A DNA stretch of 64,000 nt, taken from a virus. Taxonomy: Duplodnaviria > Caudoviricetes. The DNA is taken from positions 64,001-128,000 of the IMG/VR virus record IMGVR_UViG_3300010429_000387, one strand, 5' to 3'. Of this stretch, positions 6,989 through 14,985 are shown in pieces (the stretch's first letter is position 1; every line of letters begins with the position of its first letter). A program made the translations under genes and the position numbers. The notes under the pieces are model-generated. The model saw only the letters and a list, made by a program, of their open reading frames with translations, searched no databases and was not told the DNA's origin.

Positions 6989-7570
6989 ATGCCTACCTGT
7001 CAAAAGTGCTCGCAGTCCTTTCCCAACTGGGCTTCTATTGGTGGTGTCAAGAAAAACCTGGGAAATCGAAGGTACTGCCTCACTTGTTCCCCATGGGGTA
7101 GCCACAACACCAGGGATCTACATAGCGATCCACTCCCAGAGGGACTTAGGCGATGCTCAATCTGCAAGGTTGCACTGACTAAGGACAACTTTTACACTTT
7201 AGGTAGGGGTGGAGAGTTCAACTACTGCAAGTCGTGTGATCGTTCTCGGCAGAATGCCCGTCACCTTGAGTTCAAGCGTCAAGCCGTGGCTTACAAAGGA
7301 GGGTCTTGTATATTGTGTGGGTACAATAGGTGTCTAGCAGCGCTGGACTTCCATCACCTCAACCCACTTGAGAAGGAGTTCAAGGTAGCTAACTACAAGC
7401 GTCCTCAGATGAGTGAGTCAATTAGGCGGGAGTTGGACAAGTGCGTCCTTGTGTGTAGGAACTGTCATTCTGAGATTCATGCGGGTGTAGTTCAGTTGGT
7501 AGAACATCAGCTTCCCAAGCTGGATGTCGTGGGTTCAAGTCCCATCGCCCGCTCTGTAGAGAATGACTGA
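6989..7570 (+). CDS. HNH homing-endonuclease-like protein with zinc fingers
   Basis: YKGGSCILCGY..LDFHH...ELDKCVLVCRNCHSEIH; lower GC; the ORF reads through tRNA-Gly. Confidence 0.85.
   Translation: MPTCQKCSQSFPNWASIGGVKKNLGNRRYCLTCSPWGSHNTRDLHSDPLPEGLRRCSICKVALTKDNFYTLGRGGEFNYCKSCDRSRQNARHLEFKRQAVAYKGGSCILCGYNRCLAALDFHHLNPLEKEFKVANYKRPQMSESIRRELDKCVLVCRNCHSEIHAGVVQLVEHQLPKLDVVGSSPIARSVEND
7481..7553 (+). tRNA. tRNA-Gly(CCC)
   Basis: TCAGC-TTCCCAA-GCTGG; lies inside the HNH 3' end. Confidence 0.9.
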
Positions 7571-7684
7571 GGGACTACATCGGATTGGTGGCCGAGATGA
7601 CTAGGCACCTCCTTGACGGGAGGCCACGCTGGTTAGAGTCCAGCCCGACCCACACAACAGGTCTTTCAACCCCCTTGTCTCTAC
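7556..7684 (+). ncRNA. Y-RNA-like scaffold copy 10 enclosing a non-permuted degenerate tRNA-Val(GAC)-like unit
   Basis: GTAGAGA-ATG..TGAGGGAC-TACAT...GTCTTTCA...CTTG-TCTCTAC. Confidence 0.7.
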
Positions 7685-7688
7685 TTCT

Positions 7689-7760
7689 GCTGACGTAGCT
7701 CAACGGTCGAGCACTTCCTTGGTAAGGAAGAGGTTGTGGGTCCGATTCCCATCGTCAGCT
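7689..7760 (+). tRNA. tRNA-Thr(GGT)
   Basis: CTTCC-TTGGTAA-GGAAG. Confidence 0.9.
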
Positions 7761-7763
7761 CCG

Positions 7764-7929
7764 TCCGACAAATGACAGTTAGGGTATCAAAGAGGGCCAG
7801 GTTCCTCTTCTCATAGAGGCTCATAGAGGAGGTCGGACCAATCTTCTCCAGGGTTGTACCTGGTGGAGTGGTGGAGGGTTATCGGAAACGATCACCCCTG
7901 GGGATCCGGGAAACCGGGTCCCCTAACTT
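7764..7929 (+). ncRNA. partial Y-RNA-like scaffold copy 11
   Basis: GACAAATG-AC-AGTTAGGG...CCCTAACT inner stem and CTCATAG hairpin; the CTTG 3' end is missing and tRNA-Gly follows. Confidence 0.4.
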
Positions 7930-7930
7930 T

Positions 7931-8007
7931 GCGGGTGTCGCCTCAATGGTGAGGCACCTGGTTGCCAATCAGGACCCCGGCCGGTTCGATCCCGGTCACC
8001 CGCTCCA
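7931..8007 (+). tRNA. tRNA-Gly(GCC)
   Basis: CCTGG-TTGCCAA-TCAGG, TCCA. Confidence 0.88.
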
Positions 8008-8010
8008 TGT

Positions 8011-8223
8011 CCTTCTCTCGTCACGCCGAAGCATGGTAGATCGGCCCATGCAGCGAGGGTTGGGTGCATACAAACAGCAGTGGAACCCAGAATCCGACCC
8101 TACCTGAGTCCGAAGGGCTGTGAAGCGGCCAGCCACAGGTAGACGTTCGTAGCTACGATTGCTGCAACGCTGTTTGAGGTCCCTTCGTCGCCCATACGGG
8201 TCCCAGAGAACCTGGAGGAAGGG
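8011..8223 (+). ncRNA. unassigned multi-stem RNA candidate
   Basis: CAAACAGC/GCTGTTTG and CTACCTG/CAGGTAG long-range pairings, no credible ORF. Confidence 0.35.
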
Positions 8224-8230
8224 TTCGTTT

Positions 8231-8302
8231 GTCGAGGTACCCAAGTGGTAAGGGAACGGTTTGCAAAACCGTGATTCATGGGTTCGATCCCCATCCTCGA
8301 CT
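8231..8302 (+). tRNA. tRNA-Cys(GCA)
   Basis: ACGGT-TTGCAAA-ACCGT, U73. Confidence 0.9.
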
Positions 8303-8306
8303 CTAT

Positions 8307-8378
8307 GCGGGTGTCGCTCAATGGTAGAGCATCAGCCTTCCAAGCTGAACATTGAGGGTTCGAGTCCCTTCGCCCGCT
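8307..8378 (+). tRNA. tRNA-Gly(TCC)
   Basis: TCAGC-CTTCCAA-GCTGA. Confidence 0.92.
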
Positions 8379-8380
8379 CC

Positions 8381-8483
8381 GAAGCGAATGCCATCGAGGA
8401 GTACATTTAGTTCGATTCTAAAGTCCCCGGCTTCTATCGGGGACCGCCTATTGGAGGCAACCTCTTCGTCTTCTTGTCGCTTC
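8381..8483 (+). ncRNA. Y-RNA-like scaffold copy 12, YrlA-type layout
   Basis: GAAGCGA-ATG...CTTG-TCGCTTC; T-arm TTTAG-TTCGATT-CTAAA, closed acceptor GTCCCCGG/TCGGGGAC, D-arm GCCT-ATTGG-AGGC. Confidence 0.8.
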
Positions 8484-8567
8484 AACAACCTAGGAGCCAC
8501 CTATGTCCCACCGGAAAGTGAAGGGTTTCCTTTAAGGTAGCGCCAATCGCTGCCTGAAGGAGACCGC

Positions 8568-8756
8568 TTGCACACGAACCACCGTCGTTCGTCCCGTCGT
8601 CACCACAGGCTCTACCTGCACCATCGGAGGGCCTGGCTCAAACGCCTCTTCAACCACACCTACCGCCAGAGGGTCCGAGAGGCCCTTCGCTGGGACCCTG
8701 ACCTCTGGGAGATCCCCTCCTACGATGAGGTTTGTGACATCTGGTTCTGGGATTGA
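8568..8756 (+). CDS. hypothetical basic protein
   Basis: AGGAGA RBS before TTG, Arg/His-rich. Confidence 0.55.
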   Translation: MHTNHRRSSRRHHRLYLHHRRAWLKRLFNHTYRQRVREALRWDPDLWEIPSYDEVCDIWFWD

Positions 8757-8777
8757 TCGGTCGGTGTACCGTAGGCC

Positions 8778-9320
8778 ATGGCAGGCAAGAAACCCATCAA
8801 ACTGGGCATCGACATCACTAAGGTTACCGTTGCCGAGGCCCAGGCAGCCCTCAAGCCACACGTTCAGGGGGCAGGGGTGATCTGTCCTTGTTGTCTCCAG
8901 CTCGTGAAGCTCTACGAGAGGGAGATCACAGGGTCCATGGCCTACGTCGCCATCCTACTCCACCGGCACTTCCAGGAGGACCAGAACTGGCTCCACGTCC
9001 CCGACTACCTCTCGAACATGAGCAAGATCGGATCGGCTGTTCGAGGTGGGGACTGGTCCAAGCTCCGATACTGGGGTCTCATTGAGGAGAAGCCAGAGGA
9101 GAAGCGAAAGGACGGGAGCAAGCGGGCAGGCTTCTACAAGATGACCGAGAAGGGTCACCAGTTCGTGAAGGGTGAGATCAAGGTCCAGCGGAGCATCCTG
9201 CTCTACAACGACCACTTCCTTGGCTTCGGCAAGGGGGAGGTCGGAATCAAGGACTGCCTCGGGAAAGAGTTCAACTACGATGACTTGATGGCCGGGCAGC
9301 TTGGCGGGTTCATCGTGTAG
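8778..9320 (+). CDS. hypothetical protein, CPCC + probable winged-helix
   Basis: CPCC..; KLRYWGLIE...YKMTEKG wHTH-like pattern. Confidence 0.75.
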   Translation: MAGKKPIKLGIDITKVTVAEAQAALKPHVQGAGVICPCCLQLVKLYEREITGSMAYVAILLHRHFQEDQNWLHVPDYLSNMSKIGSAVRGGDWSKLRYWGLIEEKPEEKRKDGSKRAGFYKMTEKGHQFVKGEIKVQRSILLYNDHFLGFGKGEVGIKDCLGKEFNYDDLMAGQLGGFIV

Positions 9321-9325
9321 TTCAT

Positions 9326-9401
9326 GCCCCTGTAGGTCAATGGATAGACTAGCGGTTTTCTAAACCGTATGTTGAAGGTTCGAGTCCTTCCAGGGGTGCC
9401 A
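9326..9401 (+). tRNA. tRNA-Arg(TCT)
   Basis: Loop TTTCTAA, GCCA. Confidence 0.9.
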
Positions 9402-9402
9402 T

Positions 9403-9478
9403 GTCCGTGTAGCTCAATGGATCGAGCACCTGGCTACGAACCAGGCGGTTGAAAGTTCGAGTCTTTCCACGGACGCCA
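9403..9478 (+). tRNA. tRNA-Arg(ACG)
   Basis: CCTGG-CTACGAA-CCAGG, GCCA. Confidence 0.92.
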
Positions 9479-9511
9479 AGAGGGGCCTCTCACGAGACCC
9501 CTCTTTCATTT

Positions 9512-9584
9512 GGCCCTGTAGCTCAACGGATAGAGTGCCAGCTTGCGAAGCTGAAGGTTGGAGGTTCGATTCCTCTCAGGGCCG
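9512..9584 (+). tRNA. tRNA-Arg(GCG)
   Basis: CAGC-TTGCGAA-GCTG. Confidence 0.88.
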
Positions 9585-9586
9585 CT

Positions 9587-12067
9587 CTAGCGGGATGCCT
9601 TCCGAATGTGGTCACCCTGGACATCGGTCGTGACCCAGTAGATATAGGCTGCATCCGGGTTGTCAGCCGTCATTGTCTTCACGGTCCCCTGGCCTACTGC
9701 TAGGGTCTTTACTGTGTAGGCTGTTTCGTCAATGACCTCGATCCACCCCTGGTGGGCTGCCCCTAGGTACACGGTCTGGTTGCTGGTGGTCTTGGAGAAG
9801 GACAGCGCTTCAGTGGGGGTCCCAAGGAAGTTGGTGCTAGTGTTAGCGTGCCACACGCCAGCTCCCACTCCATTCTTGGATCCACTCCAGGCCCAACCCG
9901 CAATCCCGTACTTGGTCCCAGCCGCCCAGGTGAGGTTCGAGACAGAGACCGTCTTCACCCCTGTGGTAGGCTCCACGAAGGACACTTGCCCAGCCGTCCA
10001 CTTCGGAGATATCGAGGTGCCCGTGTTGACCCCACACTCGGTCAGCATGAGGGTGCTGGACAGGGCGATGGGTTGGGCGGAGACCGACCAGACGAACCCG
10101 GAGAGAGTCCCTCCGGTGGTCGGGACCCGCATCAAGTCACTTCCCGAGCGGTTGGTTGCACAGTCCTTGTACTCACGAGTGAGATAGTAAACGTATCCTG
10201 CCTGGACTTGAACGTGGACTGCGAAGAACCCAGGAGTGTAGACCCCCGGAGCTATCGAGTCTGTGGACAGCACAACCGTGGTGCTCCCGTCAACCGAGGT
10301 CTTCATGATCTTCTGGTTTGATTGCTCGCTCCAGAAGACGTAGCCACCGTCTACCGCCAGACCTGAGGGCTGGGTTCCTGAGGCGATCTTCACGGGAGAC
10401 CCACCTACCTTCGGCAGCTTGTAGACGCCAGGGCCAGAGGGGTTCACCGAGGTCCAGTAGAGGTTGGCCGTGTCCTGGATGATCTCGACGATGCCTCCAC
10501 CTGCCACCAAGGCCAGCTCAGTCACCGGGTACTGGCAGGAGCCAGCGTTGCAGGTCCCCCCTCCGATGCACTTGACCCCGCATCCACCACAGTTGTTCAC
10601 GTCACTTCCGAGGGTGTTCACCTCACAGCCGTCGCCCACGGTCCCGTTGCAGTTGTCCCAGCCAGCCTGGCAGACCCCAACCCCACAGCCAGAGGGGGTA
10701 CAGGCAGCCGTCGTGGTATGTGGGGCCTGGTAGCACTGGTTCCCGCATCCGAGGCAGTTGTTCGGGTCGGAGGTCGTGTTCACCTCACAACCGTCCGAGA
10801 CCTGGCCGTTGCAGTTCTGGTTGACCCCGGTACAGGCGATCTGGCAGACCCCATCGTTGCAGCTCGGGGTTCCCCCAGTCGAGGAGCAGACTGAGTTCAG
10901 GCAGGCCCCACAGTGGTATGGATCGCTCTTCAAGTTCACTTCGCAACCGTCGGCCAGGTTGCCGTTGCAGTCAGCGAAGCCGTCCAAGCAGGTGTACTGG
11001 CAAGCCCCCGTGCAAGAGGCCACCATGTTGGTCGGGGCAATGCACTTGACCCCGCACCCTCCACAGTTGGTCAGGGTTGTGGTGTCGGTCTCACAGCCGT
11101 TCGAGGCGTTGCCATCGCAGTTCCCGACTCCAGCCGGGCAGATAACCTGGGTGCAGGCAAGGTTCTGGCAGACTTCGGTGCCCGAGTTGCACTTGATATT
11201 GCACCCTCCACAGTTGTTCATCGTGTCGAGGGGGGTCTCACACCCATCCGCAAGTAGCCCGTTGCAGTTCTCCCAACCTGGGTCACAGAGAAGGTTGCAG
11301 GTTGCCCACTGACAAAGGCCAGTTCCATGGGCACCCTGGCAAGGGTTGCCACAGGCACCACAACTTGAGGCGGTTGTCTCCAGGTTGGTTTCGCACCCAT
11401 CTGCTGCATTGTGGTTGCAGTCCTCCAGGGGCCAGGTGCAGACAAGACCAGCATCCGATCCACCCGAGCCACCGGTACCAGCATTCGATCCACCCGAGCC
11501 CCCAGAGGAGGTACCGCCGGTTCCTGAATCGGTTCCACCCGAGCCCCCAGTGGATGACCCGCCAGAACCCGAGGTTCCTCCGGTCCCAGCATCGGATCCA
11601 CCCGAACCCGAGGTCCCCCCGGTTCCTGAGGTCCCCCCGCCGGTCCCAGAATCCGAACCACTGGACCCAGAGCTTCCCCCTGTTCCAGCATCAGATCCAC
11701 TTGAACCTGAGGTACCACCGGTCCCAGCATCCGAGCCGCCTGAGCCCCCAGTAAATGTGCCACCAGAACCCGAGGTCCCTCCGGTCCCCGAGTCCACGGA
11801 TCCACCGGCCCCGGAAGTTCCGGAGTCGGATCCACCGGCCCCACCAGCATCGGTTCCGGAACCCCCTCCTGAGCCAGAGGTACCCGAGTCAGCCCCAGCT
11901 TCTTGAGTGGTTCCGCTGGAACCTCCTGTGGATGAACCGGAGGAACCGCTGGTTCCCGTGTCCACTGTAGGCGGAACGTTGATTGTGATGTTGGTGTCGC
12001 CCTCGCCCCCGCCACATCCGGCTAGGAGGAAAGCGGCCACGATGATGTAGCTTGCTTGTCGAGTCAT
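9587..12067 (-). CDS. myxobacterial-type lipoprotein: Gly/Ser/Thr linker, Cys-rich repeats, C-terminal beta-propeller
   Basis: Lipobox LAGC; GTGGTSGSGGSDA repeats; ~6 NCNG..DGCE..NCGGCG repeats; D..xYW blades; GGAGGAG RBS. Confidence 0.85.
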   Translation of the reverse strand: MTRQASYIIVAAFLLAGCGGGEGDTNITINVPPTVDTGTSGSSGSSTGGSSGTTQEAGADSGTSGSGGGSGTDAGGAGGSDSGTSGAGGSVDSGTGGTSGSGGTFTGGSGGSDAGTGGTSGSSGSDAGTGGSSGSSGSDSGTGGGTSGTGGTSGSGGSDAGTGGTSGSGGSSTGGSGGTDSGTGGTSSGGSGGSNAGTGGSGGSDAGLVCTWPLEDCNHNAADGCETNLETTASSCGACGNPCQGAHGTGLCQWATCNLLCDPGWENCNGLLADGCETPLDTMNNCGGCNIKCNSGTEVCQNLACTQVICPAGVGNCDGNASNGCETDTTTLTNCGGCGVKCIAPTNMVASCTGACQYTCLDGFADCNGNLADGCEVNLKSDPYHCGACLNSVCSSTGGTPSCNDGVCQIACTGVNQNCNGQVSDGCEVNTTSDPNNCLGCGNQCYQAPHTTTAACTPSGCGVGVCQAGWDNCNGTVGDGCEVNTLGSDVNNCGGCGVKCIGGGTCNAGSCQYPVTELALVAGGGIVEIIQDTANLYWTSVNPSGPGVYKLPKVGGSPVKIASGTQPSGLAVDGGYVFWSEQSNQKIMKTSVDGSTTVVLSTDSIAPGVYTPGFFAVHVQVQAGYVYYLTREYKDCATNRSGSDLMRVPTTGGTLSGFVWSVSAQPIALSSTLMLTECGVNTGTSISPKWTAGQVSFVEPTTGVKTVSVSNLTWAAGTKYGIAGWAWSGSKNGVGAGVWHANTSTNFLGTPTEALSFSKTTSNQTVYLGAAHQGWIEVIDETAYTVKTLAVGQGTVKTMTADNPDAAYIYWVTTDVQGDHIRKASR

Positions 12068-12182
12068 TGAACGTCTCCTCCCCCTACAACGTATGTGGTA
12101 CCCAACCTTTCAACCGAGTCGAGAACATTTTTCTGCCCCAGTAGCTTGACGGACACTACTTTCCTTGTATCCATTCAGATAC

Positions 12183-12749
12183 ATGAAGGTTTGCAAGTCC
12201 TGTGGCGTGTCGATCCCATGTCGATCTGTGGTTGAAGGTAGGGTAGTCCACCTGCAAAACAGAAGGTATTGCCTTCAATGCTCACCCTTCAAGAAGGGTG
12301 GGAAAGGGTTTCATGGGGACAAGACCACTGAGGAAGGTCTCAGGGTATGCCCGTGCTGTAAGGATAATCTCCCAACGGGAGCTTTCTACAAGAGGACCCG
12401 TCCAGGAGGTGGTTTCTCAGTCTGGTGCAAGAGTTGTCAACGAGTGGAGGATGTTGAGCGGCAGCGGAGGTTCAAGGCTAAGTGCGTTGACTACAAAGGT
12501 GGGTCATGTACTAGGTGTGGTTACAGCAAGTATGTAGGTGCTCTTGAGTTTCATCATCGAGACCCGAACACAAAAGACCTCGCTATGGCTCAAGCTCGGA
12601 GTCAACCGTGGCGTGAGGTTATTGCAGAGTTGGACAAATGCGACCTACTCTGTGCAAACTGCCATCGAGAAGCCCATGCGGAGCTTCAAGGAATACTACC
12701 TCTCCTTGTCCAGGCGGATCCCCTGGCATCAGCCTCCGAAGCTGATTGA
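12183..12749 (+). CDS. HNH homing-endonuclease-like protein (paralog of 6989..7570)
   Basis: NRRYCLQCSPF, YKGGSCTRCGY..LEFHH...ELDKCDLLCANCHREAH. Confidence 0.85.
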   Translation: MKVCKSCGVSIPCRSVVEGRVVHLQNRRYCLQCSPFKKGGKGFHGDKTTEEGLRVCPCCKDNLPTGAFYKRTRPGGGFSVWCKSCQRVEDVERQRRFKAKCVDYKGGSCTRCGYSKYVGALEFHHRDPNTKDLAMAQARSQPWREVIAELDKCDLLCANCHREAHAELQGILPLLVQADPLASASEAD

Positions 12750-12774
12750 CAAGGTTCGACTCCTTGCAGGGAGG
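12702..12774 (+). tRNA. tRNA-Arg(CCG), atypical D-arm
   Basis: TCAGC-CTCCGAA-GCTGA, CAAGG-TTCGACT-CCTTG; 5' half overlaps the HNH C-terminus. Confidence 0.72.
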
Positions 12775-12778
12775 CTAT

Positions 12779-12852
12779 GCCTCTGTAGCTCAATGGACAG
12801 AAGCACTGGTCTTCGGAACCAGGGGTTGGGGGTTCGAGTCCCTCCAGAGGCG
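12779..12852 (+). tRNA. tRNA-Arg(TCG)
   Basis: CTGGT-CTTCGGA-ACCAG. Confidence 0.88.
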
Positions 12853-12856
12853 CTAT

Positions 12857-12929
12857 TGCAGCAACCTGAGGCAGGAGGCGGGCTTCATAAGCCTGACCAG
12901 GTAGGGTTCGAGTCCCTCTGCTGCAACCA
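12857..12929 (+). tRNA. tRNA-Met/Ile2(CAT), atypical
   Basis: CGGGC-TTCATAA-GCCTG, ACCA; weak D-arm. Confidence 0.7.
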
Positions 12930-12930
12930 T

Positions 12931-13005
12931 GCGGGGTTCGCTTTCAGGGAGAGCATCTGCCTTACAAGCAGAACCAGGTGGGTTCGAGTCCCACACCCCG
13001 TACCA
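12931..13005 (+). tRNA. tRNA-Val(TAC)
   Basis: TCTGC-CTTACAA-GCAGA, ACCA. Confidence 0.88.
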
Positions 13006-13006
13006 T

Positions 13007-13089
13007 CGGCATGTGGCGGAATGGCAGACGCCCCAGATTTAGGCTCTGGTGGGAGAAATCCCGTGGAGGTTCGAGTCCTCTCATGCCGA
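13007..13089 (+). tRNA. tRNA-Leu(TAG)
   Basis: CCAGA-TTTAGGC-TCTGG. Confidence 0.9.
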
Positions 13090-13148
13090 CGAAAGGTGGG
13101 TACCAAGGTGAAATTCAAGATACAAAGGCCGAGTCTCAGCACACTTTC

Positions 13149-13219
13149 CCGTGTGTGGGGCCGGTCGCCTCAGGAGTTCCTATAAAGCTCTGATCCTGGT
13201 TCAACTCCAGGCACACGGA
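13149..13219 (+). tRNA. atypical tRNA-Ile(TAT)-like gene
   Basis: CCGTGTG/CACACGG, 6-bp anticodon stem GGAGTT/AGCTCT, loop CCTATAA, 3-nt variable loop. Confidence 0.6.
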
Positions 13220-13227
13220 CAGAAAAT

Positions 13228-13301
13228 GCGGGGCGAGCAAGCTGGTGAAAGCACCACCTCGACAAGGTGGCCCCCGATGGGTTCGATCCCCATGCCCCGT
13301 A
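13228..13301 (+). tRNA. tRNA-Val(GAC)
   Basis: CCACC-TCGACAA-GGTGG (C33). Confidence 0.8.
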
Positions 13302-13325
13302 CCGGTGTACATATCGACAGAGGAG

Positions 13326-13871
13326 ATGAAGATGAAGACCACTGGATACGCCCTCCGAGAGGCGATCAAACAGCATGAGCTTCGCCGGGACACGGCAGCC
13401 AGGGCCTTCCAAGGCTCCCTGAAGGCGTTTCCTGGTGAGGATAAGGAGACCCCCGTCCAGGTGGTCGATGCTTTCCTGAAGGCAGAGCAATCCATCGCCA
13501 AGCTCCAGACGGCTCAGGCTCGCTACAACCTCACCGTGAGGGTAGAGGTGGCGGGGCTCGGGCACTACCTTGGGGACAAGACCACCATCACCCTTTCCGA
13601 GGCCATCAAGAGCATCGGAGGGATCGCTCGGGCGGAGAAGATGTGGAGGTCCGCTGCTGGACCGAAGCCCGACCGCTATGGTGGGTACCGTGACAATGAG
13701 GATGAACTCGACCCGACCAAGGTCCGGTCGAAGGCAACCATCACCGCCTCCAAGGCGGTTGAGCTGGCGTCCCTCGTAGCCAAGCGAGCAGGCTCCCTCA
13801 GGGCTGCCATCGCTACGGCCAACGCTCGGGAGGTCGAAATCGAAGACTTGGACCCGACACTCTTTGAGTAG
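13326..13871 (+). CDS. helical/coiled-coil hypothetical protein (possibly DIP1984-like)
   Basis: GAGGAG RBS; Ala-rich helices, ITLSEAI, IATANA..V pattern. Confidence 0.7.
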   Translation: MKMKTTGYALREAIKQHELRRDTAARAFQGSLKAFPGEDKETPVQVVDAFLKAEQSIAKLQTAQARYNLTVRVEVAGLGHYLGDKTTITLSEAIKSIGGIARAEKMWRSAAGPKPDRYGGYRDNEDELDPTKVRSKATITASKAVELASLVAKRAGSLRAAIATANAREVEIEDLDPTLFE

Positions 13872-14077
13872 TCGGGACGAGACAGGACTTCGGTCCTGTT
13901 GGCGAAGGGGCACCAATCAGTTGGCGTGGAGACACGCTGGAACGGAATCGGGCTAGCGAAGGCTTCCTAAGGCACTCAGTTCCTCGACCAGGCGTCATGC
14001 CGGGATGAAGAGGCAGCCACCGAGCTTATTCGTTTTCACCCGGAGCCACATCTTGCTCCTGTTTCCCTTCGCCTTTT

Positions 14078-14111
14078 CGGGGGCTCTCAGTGAAAGCTGG
14101 GAGCCCCCGTT
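14078..14111. terminator. GC-rich hairpin between convergent genes
   Basis: CGGGGGCTCTCAG-TGAAAG-CTGGGAGCCCCCG. Confidence 0.6.
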
Positions 14112-14117
14112 CCCTAT

Positions 14118-14747
14118 CTACTCGCCCTTCTTGATGATCTGGATTGAGTCCAGGATCCGGTTGACCGTGTAACCACAGTCCTTGAGATCGTACTTCCGAC
14201 GGGTGATGATGTCTTCGTTGGCGAGGGGGTCATCCTTGGCAAGGGCTGCGATCATCTCGGCTGCCTTCAGGTTCTCCCGAGCCATCTCGACCAGCTCGGA
14301 AGCAGCCTCCTTGATCTCACCCATCTCCTTCGAGTAGTCCCCACCCATGGCCTTCATGAGGTCATCCAGGACGCTCTGGGGGATGTACTTGGAGGGGCTC
14401 TTGAAGTCCTCCAGGGAGAGTCCCTCGACTCTGTGGAAGCCGACTCCCCGCTGACCCTTGTTGGCCGTGGTCCGGACGCTGTAGCTTCCAGCTCGGTCTT
14501 CCCAGGCCACATGAATCTCTACCGAACACTGGGTACCTCGGTTTTCATCCCGGTAGGCGAACCAGCGGTAGTCCACCGTATTGTACCACTCCTTGACGAA
14601 GGTCGAGGGGTCAAACTTCATCCCCGTCTTGTCGGAGAGGTACTTGGCGATGATGGCTTTCCCACGTCCCATCAAGCGATTCAATGCAGAGACGTTGGGG
14701 TTCTTCGGCCCGGATGCGGCGGTCACGGTTCGGTCATAGTCGTGCAT
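14118..14747 (-). CDS. hypothetical protein
   Basis: GAGGA RBS before MHDYDRTVTAA; 209 aa. Confidence 0.7.
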   Translation of the reverse strand: MHDYDRTVTAASGPKNPNVSALNRLMGRGKAIIAKYLSDKTGMKFDPSTFVKEWYNTVDYRWFAYRDENRGTQCSVEIHVAWEDRAGSYSVRTTANKGQRGVGFHRVEGLSLEDFKSPSKYIPQSVLDDLMKAMGGDYSKEMGEIKEAASELVEMARENLKAAEMIAALAKDDPLANEDIITRRKYDLKDCGYTVNRILDSIQIIKKGE

Positions 14748-14787
14748 TGCTGGTCCTCTTCGTCGGGCTTTCAACAAGAAGATTTTC

Positions 14788-14864
14788 GCTCAGGTGGTGG
14801 AATCGGCAGACACGCTGGTCTCAAAAACCAGTGCCCTTGTGGCGTGAGGGTCCCTCCCTGAGCA
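14788..14864 (+). pseudogene. tRNA-Leu(CAA) with deleted T-loop
   Basis: CTGGT-CTCAAAA-ACCAG intact, but the T-arm is GAGGG-T-CCCTC. Confidence 0.7.
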
Positions 14865-14907
14865 CAAAGTTGGTTGAAGGGTCTTTCACCCCGGTGTACA
14901 GTAGGGA

Positions 14908-14973
14908 GGCCCTTGAATGAACTGTGGAACTACATCGCAAACGTTCGTTTCACAAAACGCCTTGTCATGGGCC
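14908..14973 (+). ncRNA. Y-RNA-like scaffold copy 13 (minimal)
   Basis: GGCCCTTGA-ATG..TGTGGAAC-TACAT...GTTTCACA...CTTG-TCATGGGCC. Confidence 0.7.
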
Positions 14974-14985
14974 GCTTTCAACTAA

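Noticed and set aside
10464-11970. Pro-rich + strand ORFs (e.g. 11346..11906)
   Set aside because: Antisense shadows of the Gly/Cys repeats of the - strand lipoprotein
13149-13219. Amber suppressor / tRNA-Pyl and stop-codon recoding
   Set aside because: Best pairing centres TAT, not CTA; genes end normally in TAG/TGA/TAA and no CTA, TCA or TTA tRNA was seen
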